DNA of 64,000 bases from Bacteroidota bacterium (GCA_030679145.1 JAUXTU010000047.1:12018-76017); one strand, 5' to 3'; positions 19,106 to 29,689 are shown, numbered from the stretch's first letter. Notes: generated by a model from the sequence alone, not told the origin. Made by a program: numbers and translations.

Positions 19106-19867
19106 TTACCTAATTGTTACAACTTGATTTACCTCACTCACTTGTCCTTGTTCGATTTTAAATACATTCCAAACTGTTCCCTCTTTCTTTCGGGGAACTT
19201 GAATCACTTTCAATAATTTTCCGTCACCATACACTTTCACGGTCGCCTTTGAATCTGATAAATCAGTCGAATTTTTGTTGTTTTGATTGGTATAATCGAC
19301 GATAGAATACTCATAGAGTGATTTTGTCGAAACTTCTTTCACGGTAATCGTCTCTGGTCCGAATCCCTGCATTGCATCAATATCCAACATTCCGGAACCA
19401 TCTGCCAATACTCTCATATTCCGAAAAGAAATATGATATCCGTTATTTCCGCTCTTTACAAAATGTGCATCAAGATCGCGAGGTTCTTTATCCCAATCAA
19501 CAACTATTCGAACGAATTTAATATCAAGCTTGGGAGAAATTGATACCCGATTATAGAAAAGTGTGCCAGCAATAATTTCAACCGGAAATTCTGTTTGTAT
19601 ATATCCTTCTGCGCTAAACCGAGTAATGAAAATTCCATCATTTTCCGGTGGAGCAAAAAGGATTTTTCCCTCTTCGTCGGTCAACATTGCTTCAAATGTT
19701 TCGATCTGAACGATTCCACCAACAATAGGGTTACCGTTGACGGCGTTAAAGAATCTCAGTGTCAAATTCCCTGTCTCTAATTCTTCAAATACATCAGCAC
19801 TCTTTGTTGTGATCTGTGCATTCAGAGAGAGTGTAATAATCGTGATAAAGAGGAATATTTTTTTCAT
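19106..19867 (-). CDS. Secreted hypothetical protein (N-terminal carboxypeptidase-regulatory-like beta-sandwich). Translationally coupled to the upstream PrsW gene.
   Basis: Signal peptide MKKIFLFITIITLSLNA. 4-nt ATGA overlap with the PrsW stop at 19864..19867. Confidence 0.45.
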   Translation of the reverse strand: MKKIFLFITIITLSLNAQITTKSADVFEELETGNLTLRFFNAVNGNPIVGGIVQIETFEAMLTDEEGKILFAPPENDGIFITRFSAEGYIQTEFPVEIIAGTLFYNRVSISPKLDIKFVRIVVDWDKEPRDLDAHFVKSGNNGYHISFRNMRVLADGSGMLDIDAMQGFGPETITVKEVSTKSLYEYSIVDYTNQNNKNSTDLSDSKATVKVYGDGKLLKVIQVPRKKEGTVWNVFKIEQGQVSEVNQVVTIR

Positions 19868-20577
19868 GATTGTTCTGTTCGATTTTTTTGCAGTATGATC
19901 GTGGAGTATCTGAATGGAGAATGTTCACTTAATATTTTCATCGCTCTCATTGAAAATATTATTCCAATAATCAACGATACGAGTGCTCCGAGGGCAATCA
20001 ATTGAATATTATTTACTGAAAGGAAAAAATCGTATGCGCCATGGAAGATAGTCGCAATAGTAAGCCCAAGAAACAAATATGGTTTCGGTTGTTTTCTGAA
20101 TTTTGCCAGCCCCACAAAATATCCCATCATGACGCCAAATGTTGCATGAGCAGGTACTGCAGTAAATATTCTCATAAATGCAACACCAATTCCACCATTC
20201 ATCACGTATAAAATATTTTCAGATGTTGCAAATCCCATCGAGATCATCACTGCATAGACAATCCCGTCAAACGGTTCATTAAAATCCGGTTTTGAGTATG
20301 CAATTTTATACAGGCAATAATATTTACAGACTTCTTCCGTGAATCCAATAAAGAAAAAATTATTGATCGCAACGTGGGAAATGTTCAAGTCATCAAGCGT
20401 AAAGACTTTTGCAAAAAATACTTCTACAACAGCTGCAATTGTTACAGCCAAAAACCCTGCAAGAAAAGTCTGAACAAGAAGTTTTAACGGTTCTTTTTCA
20501 TACCGATCTCGAAAATACACATAAATTGCAATTGCAACACCGGGAGCAACCGCAAGTCCAAGCAGAGTGAGTTCCAT
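19864..20577 (-). CDS. prsW: PrsW-family intramembrane metalloprotease
   Basis: Polytopic membrane protein carrying the PrsW signature motifs EExxK (FTEEVCKYY) and FxxxHxxxD (FHGAYDFF). Confidence 0.7.
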   Translation of the reverse strand: MELTLLGLAVAPGVAIAIYVYFRDRYEKEPLKLLVQTFLAGFLAVTIAAVVEVFFAKVFTLDDLNISHVAINNFFFIGFTEEVCKYYCLYKIAYSKPDFNEPFDGIVYAVMISMGFATSENILYVMNGGIGVAFMRIFTAVPAHATFGVMMGYFVGLAKFRKQPKPYLFLGLTIATIFHGAYDFFLSVNNIQLIALGALVSLIIGIIFSMRAMKILSEHSPFRYSTIILQKNRTEQS

Positions 20578-21920
20578 TATTTTTTTATCTGTTCTAAAAT
20601 TTTAGGGATCACTTTTTTCTGAAGACTGACACCGATCTCATCATACGCTTTCATCCCTGCTTTGTCGTAATTGATGCTGACACCCTTTACATTGTTGAAT
20701 GAAGTTTTATACACTTCTTCGCCCGAATTCAAGTCAACAACTGAAATATTCGCATCAACATATACCGTATACAATCCACTATATTCTCCCCCGTCACGCC
20801 CATTCGATTTCACTGTGATCATAATATTCGCTTTTGCCGCATCATCAACAAATGAGAATCCTTGAGTTGAAAGAGTATTTTTCAGCATCGGTTCAATTCG
20901 GGGAATGACAAGTTTATTTCCCAATAACATCTCTTCTGTTTCAAACACGATCGAAAGCGAAACAACATTCATTGTAAAACGAGTCGAAGGGAGTGTTAGT
21001 CCTTTGACTAACATTTCCAACACTGGCGATGAACTTTGTCCTAATAATGCAATCGGATCTGCTTCAGCTTTGATTAACTGTAATTTATCCGTTGCAATAA
21101 CCTTGGCAATTTGAGTCGCCGCAATACCATTCTTATCCGTGCGAGATGAAGTGATGATATCACCGGAACCGCGGATGAAAGAATATTTCACCGGAAAATT
21201 TTGAATGGGAATTGCCGTTGCAGTATTATTGACGATAACTTCTAACGGCTGACGAAGCGGTTTACCAACCTGCGCATCAACTTTAGGATTCTTTGCTTTT
21301 AATTCTATTTGATTAAGGACGGATTGTAATGAAGCAAAAATTTCATTCCCGAGAAATATTTTTGCGGACCCGAATTGAACTTCCAATGTTTCACCAAGAA
21401 ATTTTTCAACAGCACCTAACGCTTGAATATACGATTGAAGCGCATCACCGACATTGTTTGCTTTTTCAAAGTTTTTTGCTTTGGTGTAAAAATCAAGAGA
21501 GAGTGCAGTTGCTTTTCGCAGTTTTTCAGCCTGGCGTCGTTTGTATTCAGCAATATCCAATCGGTAATAGACCCAATATTGGTCATCACCGTCCCATGTA
21601 TCAACCGGCTCAACTCCTTCAAGATCAGCCTTTGTTGAAGTTTGAACAGCAGTTTGATACTCTTCTTTGAACTCATCGAGTTTTTCAGATAGTTTACTGA
21701 TCTGTGAAGCATCGATCGTTACCGCAATCTGTTGAGCAATATCATTCAACGCGGCATCTTTTGCACGCTGAAGATATTCCTGTGCAGAACCGGTTTTGGG
21801 TACAACTCCAATTCCGTGATAATATCCGGCTGTATTCGGACGTTTTTCGACCCAATTTGGTTTTTTGCCTTGAGCAAAAACTAATGACAAAAGAGAGATA
21901 ACAAGGAAGATTTTTTTCAT
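20577..21920 (-). CDS. Secreted LPP20-domain protein with a large C-terminal domain of unknown function
   Basis: Signal peptide. KKPNWVEKRPNTAGYYHGIGVV...AKDAALNDIAQQIAV fits the LPP20 pattern. Its stop overlaps the PrsW start codon. Confidence 0.5.
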   Translation of the reverse strand: MKKIFLVISLLSLVFAQGKKPNWVEKRPNTAGYYHGIGVVPKTGSAQEYLQRAKDAALNDIAQQIAVTIDASQISKLSEKLDEFKEEYQTAVQTSTKADLEGVEPVDTWDGDDQYWVYYRLDIAEYKRRQAEKLRKATALSLDFYTKAKNFEKANNVGDALQSYIQALGAVEKFLGETLEVQFGSAKIFLGNEIFASLQSVLNQIELKAKNPKVDAQVGKPLRQPLEVIVNNTATAIPIQNFPVKYSFIRGSGDIITSSRTDKNGIAATQIAKVIATDKLQLIKAEADPIALLGQSSSPVLEMLVKGLTLPSTRFTMNVVSLSIVFETEEMLLGNKLVIPRIEPMLKNTLSTQGFSFVDDAAKANIMITVKSNGRDGGEYSGLYTVYVDANISVVDLNSGEEVYKTSFNNVKGVSINYDKAGMKAYDEIGVSLQKKVIPKILEQIKK

Positions 21921-22074
21921 AGAAGTATGGGGAAGTGATAAGAAAATGATTCAATGGTGACAAAAGATAAGTTGAACACTTTTCATTATCAATGAGAATT
22001 TCAACAAATCAATAAATGCCGTTTAATGTTAACCGGTAATTCTGCAATCCAAATTGCTAAGTTTTCTTCGCGAA

Positions 22075-23283
22075 TTATTCTTTAGACCACTCATCATATA
22101 ATCCCATCCGTTCGCTCACTTTTGCGACATAACTACGTGTCTCTTCGAACGGAAGATTCTTTTTTAAATGTTCAAATACCTGATCGGATGTCATTGCATT
22201 GATTTGAGGCAATGCCTGAGTAACGTTACGCTTTCCGGTGAATGCCTTTGCAACATTCCCCGGTCCGGTATTGTAAGCGGAAATTGCACAATAAATTTTA
22301 CTCTTCGGATCTTTTACACCTCTAAATTCTACGGTCAATAATTTTGTGAGATACGCCGTGCCGAGTTCAATATTGTTACTGGAAACGTATAAATACTCTC
22401 CGGTAACAAGTGAATCTTTTTTATACGCAAAGAAAAATGCATCGCGGGCACCTGATTTCGGAACAAGCTGCATTAACCCGAATGCCGGCACCGGTGATTT
22501 TGCCTTTGGATTAAAATAACTTTCTGTATGCATGATTGCAAAAACAAGAGTGATATCGATTCCGAATCTGTCAGACTCTTTTTTTACTTGTTCGCGAAAA
22601 TCAGTTGCTCGTTTTTTAACATGATTTGGAACCAATGGTATTTGAACTCCTACAACAACCCGTTTAATGCCATCTTTCCCTGTAACCGTTTCTTGAGTAA
22701 CTTGGGCGGGTTGAACAGTTTGTTCCGCAAATTGCTTTGCAGTTTTTTCTGTTACCGGTTTCCCTTCTCTCGTCATCACTTGTTCTGCCAAAATCGGTTT
22801 CCCCTCCGGCGGAACGGCATTCTTAATTTCTAACGGATCTGTTCCCCCTTTTGCGACCACTAATTGAGCAACTTGTTCTTTCAATTTCTGTTCGATCATT
22901 CTCGGGTTTTTTGCTTCAACTTCAGTCATGAGAATTTCAACTTTTGCAGTTCCCGTTTCAAAATCTACGGAACTTCGTGAAGAATATTTTGAATCGTACG
23001 AAACATATTCCTTTTTTGAACTGGTAAGAACATTTTTCGCTCCCCATTTTTTTTCAATCTGACTGGTATATTCCTTGAACAATCGTTCTTGTTCAGTGGT
23101 ATAGGTTTCAAATTGTTTCGTTACTTCTGCTCTATAATATTGAAAAGATTCCTCCTCCTTTTGTGCCCCCTGTTCTTGTTCTTTTTTGAACTTTTCAAGT
23201 GCATCAGCTTCATTTTTATTTTGAGCATTTGCAAAGAGAGTTAAAAAACAAATTAAACAAACAATATTTATACACAGATTCAT
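22075..23283 (-). CDS. mltC: Membrane-bound lytic murein transglycosylase (MltC-like, SLT domain)
   Basis: SLT catalytic motif TLVFAIMHTESYFNPKAKSPVPAFGLMQLVP. Confidence 0.8.
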   Translation of the reverse strand: MNLCINIVCLICFLTLFANAQNKNEADALEKFKKEQEQGAQKEEESFQYYRAEVTKQFETYTTEQERLFKEYTSQIEKKWGAKNVLTSSKKEYVSYDSKYSSRSSVDFETGTAKVEILMTEVEAKNPRMIEQKLKEQVAQLVVAKGGTDPLEIKNAVPPEGKPILAEQVMTREGKPVTEKTAKQFAEQTVQPAQVTQETVTGKDGIKRVVVGVQIPLVPNHVKKRATDFREQVKKESDRFGIDITLVFAIMHTESYFNPKAKSPVPAFGLMQLVPKSGARDAFFFAYKKDSLVTGEYLYVSSNNIELGTAYLTKLLTVEFRGVKDPKSKIYCAISAYNTGPGNVAKAFTGKRNVTQALPQINAMTSDQVFEHLKKNLPFEETRSYVAKVSERMGLYDEWSKE

Positions 23284-23299
23284 AAAGAGATTTCCTTAT

Positions 23300-25720
23300 T
23301 TATGGAATGATGAATCCTGTAACAACATCTTTTTCAATCGCAATTATTGAAGAATAATCCGGCATTATGAATATGGAGTTTTCCTTATCCAATTTTGACT
23401 GCCAAACGATCTTCCCTGAATCGATATTGATCAACACCATTTTACCATCAATAAAATAGAATATACCATCCTTCAGGATCATTGGTCTGTGATGAACTGC
23501 CTTAGCACTAAAATCCCATTCGTGATGCCATAAACGTTTCCCATTTATTGGATTTACAGACGCAATTCCGTCTTCGCCAAACAACAAAAGTCTGTCGCTA
23601 TTTTTACTATAGGTAACGTGAATTATTTTTGAAATTGAATGTGTGAAGGACTCATCAATATGTAACGATGAACTGAGAGTATATAATGAGTCGTTTCTGT
23701 AACCCGATGGATCTTCGGATAACAATCGTTCACCATTCCAATTCGTTGATTGAAGATACAGATCATCATAATTCATTTTCCCAATACCGCTATCCGAAAA
23801 CTCAAATGACCAATTAGTTGAATCTTTCTTCCCTGGGAACAACGCAAGCGAATATAAGAATTTTTCACTACCATAGAACAATTGCTTATCATTTTTTGAG
23901 TAATGTGCTATCGAATAATCGTGGAATATCCTGCCGGGATCCGAATCGAACTCTTTTTTCCAATAAATCTTCCCACTTGATGGATCAACAGCTATCAATT
24001 GATAATCATCTTCTTCCCAAATCTTCTTTGTTTCTACTTTTTCTTTTTTGGAATCATACGTAAACTCTTGCTTGAATCCACCAGTCTTGATATAGAGAAC
24101 CGAATCGATCATTGCCATATCAAAGATATAACCTCCGGCAAGATCTTGTTCTATGAGCATCCATTGAATTTTACCGGTTTCAGCGTTCAGAGCAACAAGA
24201 TTTTTATTCCCGGGCAGCAATAGAATGTTCCCAACAGTCAAGGGTTTTGCAAGTGCTGAAAGTCCTCCTTTGAAGGACATTCCATCAGTAATCTTCATAT
24301 AATTTTTTGAAAGAAATTTCCCGTCTTCAAGTCGAACTACGATCAAGCCTTCTCCCCCTTCTTTATCAGAATTCGGCTCCAACATTTCACTTGTTGTATG
24401 AATTAAAATCTTGGCATTACCGCTATCAATCGATACACCGTAAACAAATCCTACATTCTCAAATCCGAACGAAATAGATCGTGTGTCACTGGTAATGGAA
24501 AGGGGAAGGATTCGTTTTGGCAACGATTCATCTGCATGTGCAACATTCGTCCGATAATTGATCTCTCCGGTTAGCACATTAATACTCATAAGATATAATT
24601 TCAGATCATCTGTCGGGTCGAGATACGTAACGATGATATTATTTGAATCGCGTAACACCATCCGATGAACAAATCCGTTTACCGCAATAGACTTTGGTGC
24701 TGTCTGCCAGAGTAGTTTTCCGTTTTCCAGATTTAGTGCAAATAGTTTATTTTTTTGACTAATAATCGCAACCATACCAGAATCTGTTTTTGCAGTGCAG
24801 ATATTTCGCATTTCATCTACATCGATTATTGTTTCCGCAATAATCTTGTTTTGAAAATTGACATGGATAAGTTTTTCTTCACCGATCACCGCACAGCCAA
24901 TTTCCGTTGAAAATAAAACATTATATTGGTCGGAAATATCGATTGTTCGTTGTGCGATAATTCTGTTCGAATCAAGATTCAGGACAACGAAATTTTTGTC
25001 AAACATCATTGCAGCAAAATGCTGTTCCGGTTCAATATAATACCATACCCGCTTTTGTTTGATAAGGTCAGCATTGGGTTCTGATTTTGGAATTGATAAA
25101 AGTTTTTTTCCGTTTGCTAACGACATCAACGCACATTCATCATCTTCTAAGAATGCGATATATTTTCCAAGTGCCGGCAGTGCAATAAAATTAACTGTCC
25201 CTTCGTCAATCAACGAGCGTTCGTAATTCAATGGTGCGCGCCATAATTCTCTTCCACTTTCCAGACTCACAGCAATATCAATTTGTTTGAAATGGAATAG
25301 GAGTGTTGAATCAATTAGATTCAAACCGAGAAATCGATCCTGTTCAATCCCTTGATACGATTTTTTCCATACCATTTTATTTGCGAGAACATTGTAACAG
25401 AGAAGCGTATCTTCGTTAGCGACCAGATAGAGTGAATCATTGATCAGTTGATGAACAGCTTTTTCACTGTATTCTTCAATCTTTACATTCCAAATCATTT
25501 TTCCGGAAGTATTCTCATATAACCAAGCATATTCATCAGCCCAAAGAAAAATATATTTTCCATTTTGAATCGGTTGAATCTTTTTTACGTCATCCTGTAA
25601 TTCCACTTTCCACAATAATTTATTTTGTTGTGCAAAAAGAAATCCTGATGACATAAGCAACAAAAACGAAAAGGAGTAGCGACTCATAACGGCCTTAACA
25701 TTGATAAAGCATTTTTTCAT
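23300..25720 (-). CDS. Large secreted PQQ-like beta-propeller repeat protein
   Basis: Repeated G(K/R)xxW(K/Q) modules (LLWKVEL, MIWNVKI, MVWKKSY, LLWQTAP, IQWMLIE, IYWKKEF, IVWQSKL) typical of PQQ/BamB-type propellers. Confidence 0.5.
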   Translation of the reverse strand: MKKCFINVKAVMSRYSFSFLLLMSSGFLFAQQNKLLWKVELQDDVKKIQPIQNGKYIFLWADEYAWLYENTSGKMIWNVKIEEYSEKAVHQLINDSLYLVANEDTLLCYNVLANKMVWKKSYQGIEQDRFLGLNLIDSTLLFHFKQIDIAVSLESGRELWRAPLNYERSLIDEGTVNFIALPALGKYIAFLEDDECALMSLANGKKLLSIPKSEPNADLIKQKRVWYYIEPEQHFAAMMFDKNFVVLNLDSNRIIAQRTIDISDQYNVLFSTEIGCAVIGEEKLIHVNFQNKIIAETIIDVDEMRNICTAKTDSGMVAIISQKNKLFALNLENGKLLWQTAPKSIAVNGFVHRMVLRDSNNIIVTYLDPTDDLKLYLMSINVLTGEINYRTNVAHADESLPKRILPLSITSDTRSISFGFENVGFVYGVSIDSGNAKILIHTTSEMLEPNSDKEGGEGLIVVRLEDGKFLSKNYMKITDGMSFKGGLSALAKPLTVGNILLLPGNKNLVALNAETGKIQWMLIEQDLAGGYIFDMAMIDSVLYIKTGGFKQEFTYDSKKEKVETKKIWEEDDYQLIAVDPSSGKIYWKKEFDSDPGRIFHDYSIAHYSKNDKQLFYGSEKFLYSLALFPGKKDSTNWSFEFSDSGIGKMNYDDLYLQSTNWNGERLLSEDPSGYRNDSLYTLSSSLHIDESFTHSISKIIHVTYSKNSDRLLLFGEDGIASVNPINGKRLWHHEWDFSAKAVHHRPMILKDGIFYFIDGKMVLINIDSGKIVWQSKLDKENSIFIMPDYSSIIAIEKDVVTGFIIP

Positions 25721-25820
25721 TACTATGTGATAGATTCATTGAAAATCAGCGACTGTTCTCCTCCGTGTCGCCGATTAACGATGTGACCAATTGTTACTTA
25801 AATCCGCGTTAAAACGGCGG

Positions 25821-27035
25821 TTAACGAAGTTGAGCGGTATAGTTGTTAAAACGATCTGCATATTGTCTATCACTTCTCGAACGATAACCTTCATCACGGA
25901 TAACCTGCTGCACCTTCAACAATCGTTCACGAAGATCATCTTTCTTCATATAGTTTTCATCAAAAATATCCTTTGTCGCTGTGGTTGGCTCTTGTAATCG
26001 TTGCAGCACACTGCCAATTCCTGTAGGATCATATCCGGCGCGTTTCAGATAGATCATTGCAATTCTATCCGCATCGGTTTCGTATGAAAGTAATCTCGGC
26101 GAAATCAAATTTTGATACGTATTATCTGCATATTCTTCTAACTCTTTTTCTTCATCACCCATTGGTCCTGTCTCTTCTTCAAGCTCAGCAAAAGCATATT
26201 CCGCTTTGATCTTTGCTTCACTCTTCTTCAATTCTTTCACCCCGTGACGTTGAATGACATGAACCATTTCATGAGCAATCACTCCGGCAAGTTCGGCTTC
26301 GTTTGTACACGCTTTGAACATTCCTTTTGAAATAAAAATATAACCCCCGGGAACTGCAAAAGCAGAAGCACGATCGTCATTCAAAATATAAAAACGAAAA
26401 CCGAGATCGTATGCTTTTGTATATTTTGAAAGATAATTTCCTATCATATTGATGTAAAGCGTTGCCGCTTTGTCATTCACAATTCCTTTTTGCGCGGCGA
26501 TCTTCTGTGCAATGCCAAGTCCAATTCCTTCTTCGTGGAATTGAAGATCGAACGGTTTTTCAATATTCATATAACCGCGGAACGGTTCAATGGTAAAACT
26601 GTGCTCAAACTGATCCATATCTTTTTCCGTAACCACCGGATTTGAATATTTGCTGATATCTTCTCCTTCGGATTCACTTCCATCGACATATTTTTTGCCA
26701 AATCCTTTTACCGCTGCTGCAAGTTCGGCGCGAGAGGCGCGTGTTGACGCTTTTCCCTTTACGATATTTTCATCGCGCGATTTGCTTCCTTTAGCATTCG
26801 CAAAGCTGTTCTCCGAAAGCCAGCCGATATCATTTTGTTCGGTTTTCACCTTTAACCAGCTCCCTTTTTGTTCCACCTTATTTACATCAACTGATGAAGG
26901 AATTGCGGCAACAATTTGGAAATATGAAGCGGGACCTTCGCGAAGATAATTCGTCGGTTGTGTTGTGCGAAGTTTCTGCGCATTGCTTTCCATAACCATC
27001 AGGAACGGAAGGATTAGTATCAATATTCGTTTCAT
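25821..27035 (-). CDS. M48-family zinc metallopeptidase with an N-terminal SH3b-like domain
   Basis: HEMVHVIQRHG (HExxH) plus downstream E. Signal peptide. SH3b-like GSWLKVKTEQNDIGWL. Confidence 0.75.
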   Translation of the reverse strand: MKRILILILPFLMVMESNAQKLRTTQPTNYLREGPASYFQIVAAIPSSVDVNKVEQKGSWLKVKTEQNDIGWLSENSFANAKGSKSRDENIVKGKASTRASRAELAAAVKGFGKKYVDGSESEGEDISKYSNPVVTEKDMDQFEHSFTIEPFRGYMNIEKPFDLQFHEEGIGLGIAQKIAAQKGIVNDKAATLYINMIGNYLSKYTKAYDLGFRFYILNDDRASAFAVPGGYIFISKGMFKACTNEAELAGVIAHEMVHVIQRHGVKELKKSEAKIKAEYAFAELEEETGPMGDEEKELEEYADNTYQNLISPRLLSYETDADRIAMIYLKRAGYDPTGIGSVLQRLQEPTTATKDIFDENYMKKDDLRERLLKVQQVIRDEGYRSRSDRQYADRFNNYTAQLR

Positions 27036-27060
27036 AAAAACTCCTTGAAATATTTTTCAA

Positions 27061-27084
27061 AATAGAACACAGATAACACGGATT
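27061..27084. repeat. Left arm of a perfect 24-bp inverted repeat (AATAGAACACAGATAACACGGATT) flanking the GxxExxY gene
   Basis: Exact reverse complement of 27511..27534. Confidence 0.9.
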
Positions 27085-27092
27085 AGACAGAT

Positions 27093-27488
27093 TTAAACGG
27101 ATTTGATTTTCTTTTTATCATTGGTAAATAATTTCCTTCTAAACTGTGGCTTTCTACCGAAATTCAACAGAAGTCCAACTTCAATTTCTGTTGCTTTAAG
27201 ATAATTGATCAATTGATATTCGTGTTCTTCAACAATTGTTTCTGCAGCTTTTAATTCAAGAATAACACAATCATTAACAATAATATCCGCAAAATATTCA
27301 CCAACAACTTGTTCGTTATAATATACTTTTATTTGTTTCTGCTTTTCACAATTTAAACCCATTGTGGTCAATTCCAGAAACAACGCATTTTGATAAACCT
27401 TTTCTAAAAAACCGAAACCAAGCTCATTATACACGTTGTAAAATGCCTTGATAATTTTATCAGTAATATTTTGATGAATCAGTTCCAT
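27093..27488 (-). CDS. GxxExxY-family protein (PD-(D/E)XK-like fold)
   Basis: 131 aa. GEYFADIIVNDCVILELKA (GxxExxY...ELK) and ...EHEYQLINYLKATEIEVGLLLNFG. Matches the family consensus. Confidence 0.8.
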   Translation of the reverse strand: MELIHQNITDKIIKAFYNVYNELGFGFLEKVYQNALFLELTTMGLNCEKQKQIKVYYNEQVVGEYFADIIVNDCVILELKAAETIVEEHEYQLINYLKATEIEVGLLLNFGRKPQFRRKLFTNDKKKIKSV

Positions 27489-27510
27489 CTTATCTGTGAC
27501 TATCAGTTAA

Positions 27511-27534
27511 ATCCGTGTTATCTGTGTTCTATTT
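27511..27534. repeat. Right arm of the 24-bp perfect inverted repeat (AATCCGTGTTATCTGTGTTCTATT)
   Basis: Exact reverse complement of 27061..27084. Confidence 0.9.
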
Positions 27535-27544
27535 TTAATTCAAA

Positions 27545-29689
27545 CTACTTTGTTGTCATCACATACACACCATCCCAATTTTTGGGTGGAGGATTTTTTC
27601 GACACTCTTCGCATCGTTCAATATACATTTCCGATGCATAATCATCTGGTTTTGAATTCAACACAGTCCTGAACATGGAGATCGCGTCTTTCCACTGTTG
27701 TTCTCTATAAAGAGTCAATCCTGATTCAAATGTTTGCACCATTTTCAACAATTGCTCTGTTATTTCCTCTTTTTTACAGACCACTTCGTAGATCTTTATT
27801 GGAAGATTCTTTCCTTTTACCCGCATAATATCCATTTCACGCAGAAGGAATTCATCTCTCACCTGATCGTTCGCAGTTGTTTCACTGATCATCAGCGATG
27901 TTCCGTAATATTTATTGACACCTTCAAGGCGCGAAGCAAGGTTCACTGTATCGCCGATAACGGTATATTCTTTTTTCGATCGTCCGCCGATATAACCGAC
28001 AACCATATTGCCCGTGTTGATTCCTATTCGGGTGGAAAATACAGGCTCACCTTTCGATCTTGCTTCACGAGTCATTGCTTGAACAACTTTTGAAAATTCG
28101 TACGCCGCGCGGGTTGCGAGCAAACGATGGTTCGGATTCTTTAGCGGAATTCCAAACTGCACCATAACTGCATCACCGATAAATTTATCGATCGTCCCGT
28201 CGTGTTTAAAAAAAATGTCGTTTGCCGTTGAGAAGTAATTATTTAAAAATTCTACTAACTCTTTCGGTTTTTTTGATTCCGATATGGTCGTAAAACCTTC
28301 GATATCAGAAAACATGATGGACGCTTCAACCTCTTCTCCGGCAAGTTCAACTTTTTCCGGATCGGAACTTAATTGTTTTACAACATACGGATTAACGAAT
28401 TGACCGAAAATTTTCTGAATTTGCCGCTTGTTCCGCCCTTCTGTTGCAAAGTTCCATCCGATAGAAATAATATATGGTAACACCATCGAAAAAAGCGGGA
28501 ATACAACATGAACTCTCACTAATTCACGAACAAATAATTGTGTTGAAATAAGAAGGAATACAAAAATAGCGGCGATCAAACCAGCCGTACTAACAACAAT
28601 ATTTTCATTATAATTGGAAATATAGGAAATGAATATTGCAAGAATTACAGAAAGGATAAATATCCACCATTGGGAAGTCTCTCCGATAAAATCCTGATTC
28701 AAAAAGTTGCTCATTGCGGTTGCGTGAATCTCAACACCGGGATACGGTTCAAGATATGTGAACGGTGTGTTCTTCAGATCGAATAAACTTGGTGCATTCG
28801 ATCCGATAAAGACGATCTTATCTTTAAACGCTTGGAGGGGAATATCGGGAATTGCACCTGATTGTTCTTTTAATGCGGAAACAATAACGGCATGAATTGA
28901 GTAATACTTAAATACTCCGTCAGGACCACCTTTACCATACCAATAGATCAAATATGGTGATTTGATTTTTTCATCGATAGGATGTTGCTCGCCAAATAAA
29001 TCTTTGTAAATATTATAAGAAAGAGCGAAGAGATTTTTCCCTTGATATGAATATTGCACTGCTATTCGACGACAAACTCCATCTTCATCCTGCGCAAAAT
29101 TAACGACACCTACACTCTTTGCTGCTTCTTGAAATTGGATCAACGGAGAATATGATTTGTTGAACTCAAATAGCTGAGTCTGTTTTACTTTCGATGTTAA
29201 TGCAGAGAATTTTACAAGTGAATCTCCCGGTTGGTCTTCTTCTTCCTGTTTGGCAAGAATTGTTGCAAGATATACATTCCCTGCTGATCTAATGGAATCT
29301 GCAAAACTTCTGTCATTCTCTGCACCGGATGAATTCACTCTATCTTGATCTGGTTCTGAAAATTGAAAATCATATACGATCGCTTTTGCTCCGGACTTTG
29401 CAAGATAGCTTGTTGTCAGTGCATAAAAATCACGGGGCCATGGCCAACCAGTTTTAATTGTTTTCTTGAAATATTGAAGACTATTTTGGTCAATAGTGAC
29501 AATGACAATGTTTGTATCAGGTATGCGTGTATTTTGGGCGAGGCGAAACTGAATATCCAATGTATTCAGCTCGACTGATTTCCCGAGTGAAGACAATGAA
29601 ATGAGATACGCGGCAATCAATCCTATCAATGCAGAAACCGCAAAACGAAATGGTTTAGCAAACAGGAGTTTTTTAATTGATGAAGGCAT
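27545..29689 (-). CDS. CHASE2 sensor domain-containing class III adenylate/guanylate cyclase with a C-terminal TPR-like region
   Basis: Periplasmic CHASE2-like N-terminal region, TM segments, then a cyclase homology domain (MFSDIEGFTTISE, FIGDAVMVQFG, NTGNMVVGYIGG). Confidence 0.8.
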   Translation of the reverse strand: MPSSIKKLLFAKPFRFAVSALIGLIAAYLISLSSLGKSVELNTLDIQFRLAQNTRIPDTNIVIVTIDQNSLQYFKKTIKTGWPWPRDFYALTTSYLAKSGAKAIVYDFQFSEPDQDRVNSSGAENDRSFADSIRSAGNVYLATILAKQEEEDQPGDSLVKFSALTSKVKQTQLFEFNKSYSPLIQFQEAAKSVGVVNFAQDEDGVCRRIAVQYSYQGKNLFALSYNIYKDLFGEQHPIDEKIKSPYLIYWYGKGGPDGVFKYYSIHAVIVSALKEQSGAIPDIPLQAFKDKIVFIGSNAPSLFDLKNTPFTYLEPYPGVEIHATAMSNFLNQDFIGETSQWWIFILSVILAIFISYISNYNENIVVSTAGLIAAIFVFLLISTQLFVRELVRVHVVFPLFSMVLPYIISIGWNFATEGRNKRQIQKIFGQFVNPYVVKQLSSDPEKVELAGEEVEASIMFSDIEGFTTISESKKPKELVEFLNNYFSTANDIFFKHDGTIDKFIGDAVMVQFGIPLKNPNHRLLATRAAYEFSKVVQAMTREARSKGEPVFSTRIGINTGNMVVGYIGGRSKKEYTVIGDTVNLASRLEGVNKYYGTSLMISETTANDQVRDEFLLREMDIMRVKGKNLPIKIYEVVCKKEEITEQLLKMVQTFESGLTLYREQQWKDAISMFRTVLNSKPDDYASEMYIERCEECRKNPPPKNWDGVYVMTTK

